NCBI RefSeq assembly: GCF_001194135.2
Contig: NC_068981.1
Location: forward strand, 14,861,136-14,925,135
Length of the DNA: 64,000 nt
Source of the DNA: Octopus bimaculoides
Taxonomy: Eukaryota
Direction of reading: 5' to 3'
Positions within the stretch are counted from its first letter, which is position 1. Each line of letters starts with the position of its first letter. Made by a program: the position numbers and the translations under genes. Below the pieces are notes generated by a model. It saw only the letters and a program-made list of their open reading frames with translations. It was not told the DNA's origin and did not search any database. Shown in pieces: positions 53,346 through 64,000 of the stretch.

Positions 53346-54583
53346 GTAAACGTGTTACAAAAATGTACAAGTGTCAATTCATTCCGGCCGTTTCGAGCAA
53401 CTCCTTTAATTGATCAATTACAAAATACCGCTCCTTTCAGATGACTACATAGATCCCAATCATTAAGGACAAGTTAAATATTTAAACATATTCGTATCAT
53501 CAATAGAATGCAAATATTTACTATGATTCCGCTGATAATTTTTTGGGCAGAATGAAAAAAGGACACCCATAAATTAGTATATGGCTAATAGATATAACTA
53601 AATAATGGAAATTTCTCTGTAACCTTTATATATCTATATATTTACACTTTTCTTTAACGGTTTAAGTGAATTTAGGTTAAAACATACTCCTTTAATTTAT
53701 ATCGCACCCATAATCCTTTAAGATGTATTCTTTCTAACAATTCACTTTTTCTTCCCCTTTACGATGACAATCAAAATGAGCTTTGTTTTCCAACCTTATG
53801 CCCTATTCTCTTTCCATTGATCACCACTCCCTCCACCATCAGAAATTTTCGTTTACCACCATATGACCTACCTTTTGGTGTTGATATAGCCGGACTTAAA
53901 GTTCCATGTTTTCAGATAGTAGAACGGTCTGGCATGATACTAATTAATTTATAACTGCCTAAAGATCTAATGTCTGATGTTTTGAAAACTACATTCTCCC
54001 TATTGTCTTCGATGTGTAGAAAATGGGGTCACTACTCTCATTCATCCCTCACCACCGACTCCAAACTATGCTAATTTCTGGTTTGTCGCGGTATTGCTCT
54101 TTTTTTTATTTTACCATAAAATTTAGCAGCTGTAAATATTTGCTCTTTATTGATGAAATATATGTTTTTATATCTAAGTTGTCCTTTATGCTTGACGTCT
54201 ATGAGGTCATCTGATAAGAACGGTTTTCTTTGTAATGATGTAATGCTTTCATTGATCAATTTGAGGAGTTGCCCGAAACAGCCGTAATGAATTGACACTT
54301 ATACATCTTTGTTACTCATTTATATTTTACTAACCTATTCTGGTATCTGCACTTCAGAAATATGGAGAAAGTATCTTTATAAAAAATACATGTCTGAACA
54401 AACAAGTGCGGATTTATTCACTATGTTCGTTCGTGATAACTGCATACAATGTATGAATATCGGATGGAAAAACATTCTATTTAGAGTTCGATACTCACCT
54501 CATAATGTCTTCGTGTACAAATAAACTTGACCTAACAGGATACTTCAATTTCAATATCTAATTTAAATGAATTTCAATTGCAT

Positions 54584-54620
<37 letters not shown>

Positions 54621-55608
54621 NNNNNNNNNNNNNNNNNNNNNNNNNNNNNNNNNNNNNNNNNNNNNNNNNNNNNNNNNNNNNNNNNNNNNNNNNNNNNNNN
54701 NNNNNNNNNNNNNNNNNNNNNNNNNNNNNNNNNNNNNNNNNNNNNNNNNNNNNNNNNNNNNNNNNNNNNNNNNNNNNNNNNNNNNNNNNNNNNNNNNNNN
54801 NNNNNNNNNNNNNNNNNNNNNNNNNNNNNNNNNNNNNNNNNNNNNNNNNNNNNNNNNNNNNNNNNNNNNNNNNNNNNNNNNNNNNNNNNNNNNNNNNNNN
54901 NNNNNNNNNNNNNNNNNNNNNNNNNNNNNNNNNNNNNNNNNNNNNNNNNNNNNNNNNNNNNNNNNNNNNNNNNNNNNNNNNNNNNNNNNNNNNNNNNNNN
55001 NNNNNNNNNNNNNNNNNNNNNNNNNNNNNNNNNNNNNNNNNNNNNNNNNNNNNNNNNNNNNNNNNNNNNNNNNNNNNNNNNNNNNNNNNNNNNNNNNNNN
55101 NNNNNNNNNNNNNNNNNNNNNNNNNNNNNNNNNNNNNNNNNNNNNNNNNNNNNNNNNNNNNNNNNNNNNNNNNNNNNNNNTATATATATATATATATATA
55201 TGAGCATGACGGTGAAATATTTCCGTTTCGCCTCTAGCAACCTTAATTATTATATATATATATATATGTATGGATGGATGATGAAGTTGTTTTTGTCATT
55301 TAACTTGATATTTGTTTTATGGGTTTATTTTTCAGTATATTTACACTCAATGCTACAATTTTTGCCGAACAGAATCTCCTATTAAGTAGTGACGATTTTA
55401 CATGCAATATATTTTACTATAGCAAAATATTTGAGGTTGGTATAAAAATGTATAACACTTCGAACCAACTTTGGCCCGTCTATGATTTTACACGTGACCT
55501 TCAATTAAGTAATGAAATTTCCCTCAAGTGACATGCAATTTGTTTTTGAAACTACAGTTATGCTTTGGTTGATTTTAACCATGGTTTTCAAAGTCTAGCC
55601 TGAGTGGG

Positions 55609-55910
55609 TGTTATGTCGACGCCCCCAGGCGAAGAAGTAGGTATCTCCCAAGACATATAAATAGATGTTGTCTGGCCGTGGTAGGTGTGTTGAGTAGCAG
55701 TCGAATAGCAGTTGTGTAGCGGTTGCGTAGAGATCATCAAAAGGAGCTAGATAGCAGTAGCGCTGAGACATAACAGTCGGGAAATAAACGCTACGACCAT
55801 ATATTTTATTTGCCAAGTAGCGTATTCCTTTCCTGATTTAAGGGTTTAGGAACAGGAGAAGGAAATCCTTTATTATACTTGTAGAAATTTCGGGATTTGG
55901 GGAAACAACA
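55609..55910 (+). mobile_element. Solo LTR (TG...CA), ~302 bp; alternative end at 55775
   Basis: Starts TGTTATGTC, contains TATAAATAG and AATAAA, ends ACAACA; flanks GTGGG/GTGGA (4 of 5). An internal GACATAACA at 55767-55775 is a perfect 9-bp inverse of the start, followed by GTCGG. Confidence 0.7.
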
Positions 55911-57635
55911 GTGGAGGTTATTGCTATCAGAAAAAGAGGATGGCAATAGTACTTGCAACAGTCAGAATTTTGCTAACGTAACGTGACCCGAAATCTAGAT
56001 GAGGTGATGCAACGGGATATGAATTAATTATCAACCTCCAACGAAAGATCTTTCTCTCTCACGAGAATCCCTCGCACGAAAATGCAAATTTGTTGATGTT
56101 AATATGACCCTTTGCTGGTGACGCGTCAAAATCAAACAATGTTAAACAATAATATATCGATCAGTTGATTGCCTGGTTAATTAATAATTATACTAATAGT
56201 AAAATATTAACTGTACTTGTGATTTATTTACGCAATGATACACAAATATTCATCCCACACATCAAGAATCTAGCAGGACAATGGGAAACTTTCTGACATA
56301 TATGTATGCTTGTATGCACGAGTATTTATATGAGCGTATGTGTGCAGATATCCGTGTACCTGTGTATGAGTTCGTATAGAAACTGATACACGAATAGATA
56401 TATTTACAAGTGTCATTTTGATATAGTTGATGGTAGGAGTATTCTAAAATATTCTTCAATGCTTTATTGTGGTGCAAGCTTACATTGATTCACAAAGATT
56501 GAGAAAGGCGCCATATGAACATCAATTGTGATTATGTTATGAAAAGCATTAAACTAAAAGCATAAGAATTGCTTATTTGCTTTTGTATAGAATGTAACGT
56601 CAAGTAGAACATTATGTAGAAATGTAAAAACGAATCCGTAATTTTTGTACAATGGAAATCATCTGCGATTTTTGAAACAACCGAAAAACAAAACAAAATA
56701 TGATCTCTAGCTATGCATCTGTTACTCAACATTATTATCAACAAAAAATGTCGTGAGACTTCGAATATTCAATGCGAACATTGCTTTATTGAACATGACG
56801 TAAATTGACAATATATTCACAATAAATGCATATAATCGCCACATATAATGGACGATGTAAATGTATGGAGAAATATTCTGATGGAGACTGAATAAATAAT
56901 ATGTAAAATAATTTAGTGCTCTTGTTGGAGGATAGTTAGCAGCAATCAAAATATATTATTGACAATAATCGAGTAAAAACTTTATATGCAAAATATATAT
57001 TTCATCAATTCTAAAACACCTACAAGCGTTTTGATGGAGCTATTGTATCCCAGATTGGTAAGTGAGAATTCAAATCTCCATGTGACGCCGAGTTTCTACA
57101 TGTGACAGAGATAAAATCTTTCAATAGTAAGAAAGAGAAAACATAATAATAAAAAGGTATTGGTGCGCTGAAAGGTATAGAATGTCTTCGTATTGTTGAA
57201 TGAATTTCCAAGTTAATATAGTTAAATGCATTTTCTTGGGATGTAGTATGTTCGGAAGTAGAGAAATCATTTCAACAAAAATAAATTTTAATGAAACACA
57301 CTTGCCTCATAGAAATTAATGCACATGTAGCCTTTTTATTTAAAACTAATACATAACTACTACATTATTTTACACACACACGCGCGCACACACGTATGAA
57401 TGTGTTTGTGTGTGTGTTTATGTATACAAATGACAAAGGAATAAGCGATTAGATTATGACGTATGTTTGCATATAGCTGTTTGTGCTATAAGATACAGTG
57501 GACTCATAATTGGTTGCCTGAGTACTCATCTGTCATCTCATTTTCTTATTATTGTTCCGTCCTTAACTAACGGTTCGTTCTGAAGCATATTTATATCTAG
57601 TTCTACACCAGGTTATTAGCTTCGAAATGCCAAAA

Positions 57636-57671
<36 letters not shown>

Positions 57672-57789
57672 GAAGTGGCTCATTTTGAAATCAGAAAAAA
57701 AAGATAACTGTTGCTTAATCTGTGACACATCGGAGAATCCCTCACCGTACTGCAGAAAGACGATTGCTCCCTTCCAGTTCCTATATTTT

Positions 57790-58626
57790 GAATACGAAAA
57801 TGCCCAATGGAAAAAAAAAATTGATGTAAAAATTTAAATGTGGCGTTTTCCAGGGTCAATCTCTATCACCACTCCTCCTCGTTTGTCTACCCTTAATACG
57901 TCAGCTCAATGACCATACTCTGGCCACGAACTGTAGTTTCACCTTAGGAATGAGCAAGTTACACCGTTGTGCTGCAATCTGCAATAGAGTGGATGAAACC
58001 ATGGCCGTATCACGTACGAATGCCTTAGACTCGCTGAAAACAACTAGAGGTTGTGGCAACGCGGCCAGGTCTCGGAAGTGCTACACCGGAAACTGTGCGA
58101 AAAATGGAGTGTAGAGAGAGGCAAAACGTGGTATGAGGACAAACCGCAGAGAGAGTAATGAGTCGGAGACTATCAAAATCGTCTGAAATCTCTCAATCCA
58201 AACAGATCAGGAGCTAGAGCATAACAGACCGAACATAGTGGTGGTGGACAAGATGCACCACGTATGCTATATAATTGATGTTGCATGCCCCTTTGACCCG
58301 CGAATAGTCAAGAAGGAAGGCGAAATGATAGATAGATAAAACACTTTGAAGTACAAAACAGCCAGGCTATTAGAAAGGGAGAAGGTGAAAATAGCGTTAA
58401 TTTTTGCTATGACTGTGGGGATAGTATCAGAAGGCATCAAGAGGAATATATGAAGAAAATTGAAACAGAGTGCCCAAGTTTTGCGTCCTTGGCACGGTCA
58501 GAATAATCAGGGAAGTAGTAGATAGCTGGAACGAATGAATAGGATGGTACCGTAGGCAGCAGGTAGAAATACCACTACGTATGAAAGACTCCATGAGATA
58601 CAACAATACTTATGATAAAGAGAAAA
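57790..58626 (+). mobile_element. Internally deleted R4/Dong-like (RLE-type) LINE fragment with (AAT)n tail
   Basis: RT motif KCGVFQGQSLSPLLL (57836), zinc-finger remnant ICNRVDETM, and restriction-like endonuclease IQTDQELEHNRPNIVVVDK...CYIIDVACPFD (58197-58297). (AAT)n follows from 58627. Confidence 0.85.
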
Positions 58627-58682
58627 TAACAATAATAATAATAATAACAATAATAATAATAATAATGATAATAATAATAATC

Positions 58683-58743
<61 letters not shown>

Positions 58744-58753
58744 CAACAACAAT

Positions 58754-59177
<424 letters not shown>

Positions 59178-59602
59178 GGGTATCCTTGGCGTTCATAATA
59201 TAGGGGCAAAAGAATTATACAGGCTCACAGAATAATTAAATGGATAGCGACAATAATCATGGTATGGGTAGTAATTATCCCAGAAATAATATTCTGAATA
59301 ACAATACTGATAACAACAACAACACTAATAATGAAAATGTCTTCAATATATTTAGTGATGCCATCATATATAGTAATTCTGCTGAAAGTACGTGCTGTGC
59401 AGTGAATGCGACTGGTTGCGTAACCTATGTTATTCCATTCCCAAGTTACTTAAATTATGTAACTCTAATAATAAAGATAAACTTTACGCCCGCTTGACAA
59501 GAAATGCTTAATTAATAATATTGTATTTAGATTTAGCATTATGACTAATCAACGAAATTTCGTTCACAATAGTTCACTCAGCTGGCAAAAATAATAATAC
59601 TG

Positions 59603-59652
59603 ATTTAGAACCGGATCGTGGACATTCATTTAGAACCGGCTCGTGGACATTC
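59603..59652. repeat. 25-bp tandem duplication ATTTAGAACCGG(A/C)TCGTGGACATTC x2
   Basis: Direct reading, one mismatch. Confidence 0.93.
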
Positions 59653-60612
59653 ATGTGATATTAAGAAACAATACTTGGAACGAAATAAACATTTGTGGAA
59701 TGTGTGGAATGTTCGAAAGTTAGTTATGCATATTTATTTAATTTGTTTAGTTGTGTATTAGTTATTATTACCCATCGAAGTGGATAAGTACTGGCGAAAT
59801 TAACAGTTAAGTACATTGATACGCCATTCATACAGGAGGCTTTCAAAATAATTCTTTGCCTCAGGTTGGCACTAAGTGATAAATCTAGCTGCTTTTGTGC
59901 AGGGTTTTTTTCCGATATTTTGCCAATCCATAATTATATCTGCAAGCACTATCTTAAAATGAACCTCTTTCAAATGTAAACGCGTATTATTCCAAGAAAT
60001 AATAAGATTGGGTTATGCTTTGAAATGTCTCGGAAACCTGGTTTTTACAAGGTGATGGCATTATGGAGACGAGAATATCTAAGTTTAGCGTTGAATCGAA
60101 AACCATTTCTATTTCAAAAGCAATAGAGGCTTATTACTATGACATCGCTAACAATTAAACCTAAATGAAAATGTATACAAAAATGCGAATATCAATACCT
60201 CTTCAGCATACGTTATTAAAATCAACTCTAAATTAAGTTCTAAATTACAAGAACATACTGTATTATGAATATCATTTGACATTTCTAAGAAAGGAATTGC
60301 TGTAATTAAAATCAAGATGTTAAATTTCATAATTACCTAATAATTAAATTATTAATGTTACTATATATTTAAATAGAATTATACTACCGCAACACAANNN
60401 NNNNNNNNNNNNNNNNNNNNNNNNNNNNNNNNNNNNNNNNNNNNNNNNNNNNNNNNNNNNNNNNNNNNNNNNNNNNNNNNNNNNNNNNNNNNNNNNNNNN
60501 NNNNNNNNNNNNNNNNNNNNNNNNNNNNNNNNNNNNNNNNNNNNNNNNNNNNNNNNNNNNNNNNNNNNNNNNNNNNNNNNNNNNNNNNNNNNNNNNNNNN
60601 NNNNNNNNNNNN

Positions 60613-60677
<65 letters not shown>

Positions 60678-61195
60678 ATTTATATATATATATATATGTG
60701 TATATATAACGCACACATACATATATCTACATGTACAGATATGTGTGTGTGCATGTATGTTTTAGCACTGGAATATTTAAAATGAAACTACTTAAAACAT
60801 ATTTTACTTTAGATCGTTACAGCATGGAATGTAGCCCACGCATATCGCTACATTTTAGAAAACAGTTTAATGTCTGAAAATCATATCATGGAAACTAGAA
60901 GAAATCTGTGGAATGGAAATCCATCGGGAGATAAAGAACCTACAGGGATGTTAGAGGCAACGAATGAACAACTAGCAACTATATGCCAAAATAACAATCA
61001 AGACAGAAAAACAATGAATTAAAACAATACAGTAAGTGGTGAAGGCATTTTCTGCGACGATAGTGAATATACTTATAAGAATTATAGTACAAGCAAAGAA
61101 ACTATATTATAATGAGATCGGAATCAATCTAATGCGATGAATATAAATGACTTTTGCCACATATTTTATGAAGTGATAAGATGCAAGATTATTGA

Positions 61196-61262
<67 letters not shown>

Positions 61263-62016
61263 GTTCAGTAGTTTTAATTTTATAACGTGCTTTCACTTCA
61301 CTACCGAGCGCAGCTCTGTGTGCCTTGGGTATGTGCTGTGGTTTGCTGTGATGCTCTTATGGTTACTGTATTGAAAGTGTTTTGCGTAGGATATGTGCAG
61401 TGCCTAGCAGTGCACTTTTCTGTATATTATATATATTTGTAAGTCCTGGTGTTTTAGTTATGTATTTGTCTGAATAATTTTTTTAATTATACCTAAGGCA
61501 CCTACTATGATAGGAATTGTTTCTGTTTTTAGATTCCACATTCGAGTTACCTCTATTTACAGGTCTTTTGAAAGTGTGTCCATGTCTTTTAGAGAAACGT
61601 TGTCATCTGCATTTTTTTCTTCATGATCTTTGACAACTATATCTGGTCTATTTTCCTTAATTTTTCTATCTGTGCGTATTGGCATATCCCAGAGTATGGT
61701 TGCTTTCTCGTTTTCTGTGAGCTTTTTCTAGCGTGTGTTTATACCATCTTTTTCTGTTGTTATTCCATAGTGTTAGCATAGCTTCCAGTGTATATAGGTC
61801 CCAGCTCTGTCGTGTCTGTGAATATATTCCTTCTTAGCCAGGACTGGGCAGCCAGAGATAATATGATTTATTGTTTCTTGTCCATCTCCACACATTCTAC
61901 AGTTACTTGTTATGTTTCTTTTCATTATATGTTATTGGTAATTTCTGGTGGGGAGGCTTTGGTCTTGTGCAGCAATTAAACATCCTTCAGTCTCTGCTTT
62001 GAGTCCTGAGCTTCTC
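61263..62016 (-). mobile_element. R4/Dong-like (RLE-type) LINE 3' fragment with (TAA)n tail
   Basis: Minus strand SSGLKAETEGCLIAAQDQSLPTRNY...CRMCGDGQETINHIISGCPVLA (CCHC finger)...LWDMPIRTDRKIKENRPDIVVKD...IPIIVGALG. (TTA)n on the plus strand at ~61198-61262 is the tail; the 5' side runs into a gap. Confidence 0.9.
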
Positions 62017-62328
62017 NNNNNNNNNNNNNNNNNNNNNNNNNNNNNNNNNNNNNNNNNNNNNNNNNNNNNNNNNNNNNNNNNNNNNNNNNNNNNNNNNNNN
62101 NNNNNNNNNNNNNNNNNNNNNNNNNNNNNNNNNNNNNNNNNNNNNNNNNNNNNNNNNNNNNNNNNNNNNNNNNNNNNNNNNNNNNNNNNNNNNNNNNNNN
62201 NNNNNNNNNNNNNNNNNNNNNNNNNNNNNTTCTTCTTCTTCTTCTTCTTCTTCTTCTTCTTCTTCTTCTTCTTCTTCTTCTTCTTCTTCTTCTTCTTCTT
62301 CGTAGTATTTGTTAGGTAGTATGATTTC

Positions 62329-62387
<59 letters not shown>

Positions 62388-62389
<2 letters not shown>

Positions 62390-62500
62390 GTTTGAGTTTA
62401 GCTGTGTATTTGTACAAGTTGGCTCCAAGTCTCATCCAGAGACCTCAAGAGACAACAAGCTAGAAGTTCATGCTGGCGTTATGCCTCGGGTGTCATTTAT
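62388..62500 (-). mobile_element. Probable 3' UTR fragment of an (AAT)n-tailed LINE
   Basis: Minus strand GACACCCGAGGCATAACGCCAGC...CTTGAGGTCTCTGGATGAGACTTGGAGCCAACTTG runs directly into (AAT)n. Family link from recall. Confidence 0.5.
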
Positions 62501-62556
62501 TTTGTTTTGTTGTTGTTGTTGCTAGCAACAGCAGGGGCAGAAACAACAACAACAAC

Positions 62557-62635
<79 letters not shown>

Positions 62636-63271
62636 AATGAAATTATTATCATACTACTATACTCATTCATTCTTCCGATGAACGTCACTGCTTCGTATTT
62701 CAGAATACGAATGCATTTCCTTATTGCGTCCTCTATTCTGCTTTTCAAAGTTTCAGAGAATCAAATAATAGCGTTCTCTCACAAATAAGGCATTTAATGC
62801 GTGTTTTCATCGCATATATAAAAGTATGAAAATGGGGTTTATTTCGTTTACGATTTGAAAATCACCGATAACTATCTCCATGCTTCATATTTACTGCATG
62901 GAAATCAAAATTTAAAGAAGGTTTCTGTTTTCATATATTTGTTTTATCCCTTTCAATAGTTAACATGATCAATGAGCGCTTTGATTCCTATTATCCGTGA
63001 AGTTTCTTTCGATTCATTGATTTTCCTGAATGTTATAAAAATCTTCCTTGCTATGTAGCAATTCCAGTCTTTGTTGAAAAATGATACTATTCCAAATCGT
63101 TGCATATTCAGATTGATTGGCATATCCCTTAAAAACACACTCATGTATAAGTATCTACAGATATATGCATGTATGTAGGTATGTATGTATGTATGTATGT
63201 ATGTATGTGTGTATGTATGTATGTATAAATATGTATGTATGTATATGTATGTATGTATATGNNNNNNNNNN

Positions 63272-63350
<79 letters not shown>

Positions 63351-64000
63351 CACATACATACATTCATATGTAAGTATATATATTTAGATAAATATATGTG
63401 TATATGTATATATATATTCATATATATGTGGGGTGTACGTAGGGCTGATGAGGTTGAACGTTTCGATAAGAGATCCGCTCCGTATGTTACGTTTAAACGA
63501 CTACACAAAGATATATTCATAAGTCAAAATTATTGTCATTTATCGCTCTACAATCTTGGCACATACTATGTGTAATATGTGATGTAGTTATGTTATTAAC
63601 CATCAATATTCTACAATCTGGCAGCTAATATGCTACAAGATGTGAATTGAATTAAGATATACAGTAAATCTCTAAGTATATATGGACTCCTTCTTCAATG
63701 TTAATATATTTTGATAATAAAACATTAGAAAAATGCAGCTTAAGAGAATCGATTCTCTTCAATGCTGCAATTGAAGTACTTCGAGATTAATCAAATACAC
63801 ACCCTAGAAAATATATAACACAAACTCTTATCTGTCTTCTGTTACCGTCTCTCATTAAAAACTAACGTGGAATATGACGTAAGTAAACATTCCTAAACTC
63901 CCGTTCAATAGAAACAGATTATTTTCGTATATAGCACTTAATTTACGTGTAATTTCTCTTCTAGTACTGGCTACTAATTTCTATTTGTACAAGTTCAACT

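Noticed and set aside
54261-54290. TTGAGGA-GTTGCCC-GAAAC possible decayed hammerhead
   Set aside because: The first box is mutated and stem II has at most one pair.
59240-59497. 85-aa Asn-rich ORF
   Set aside because: Its openness is explained by degenerate AAT/AAC repeats; no homology or splice support.
63445-63470. CTGATGA motif similar to a string at ~24476
   Set aside because: The shared stretch is about 20 nt and the hammerhead GAAA and stems are missing.

Overview
AT-rich, microsatellite-saturated eukaryotic DNA with about 16 assembly gaps, nearly all bordered by simple repeats. The SINE, MITE and (AAT)n-tailed repeat families look, from recall, like those of octopus (coleoid cephalopod, probably an Octopus draft assembly); this is an inference, not a database result. 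I found no convincing host protein-coding gene, rRNA, true tRNA gene or CRISPR array, so the window reads as intergenic DNA or one long intron. Almost every ORF in the supplied track is a translated microsatellite or runs through N gaps. Supported content is a layered fossil record of mobile elements: at least four tRNA-derived SINE families; several fold-back MITEs; two Penelope-like GIY-YIG endonuclease remnants with associated hammerhead-ribozyme motifs; an RTE LINE fragment; two R4/Dong-like RLE LINE fragments with (TAA)n tails; a decayed DD37D (maT-type) transposase; two related solo-LTR-like units; and a 2.2-kb element with only a gag/ORF1-like frame and no reverse transcriptase. The best leads are the ORF1-only element, the Penelope/hammerhead cluster at 17-19 kb, a three-unit palindrome array at 43.6 kb and a pre-miRNA-like hairpin at 0.25 kb.
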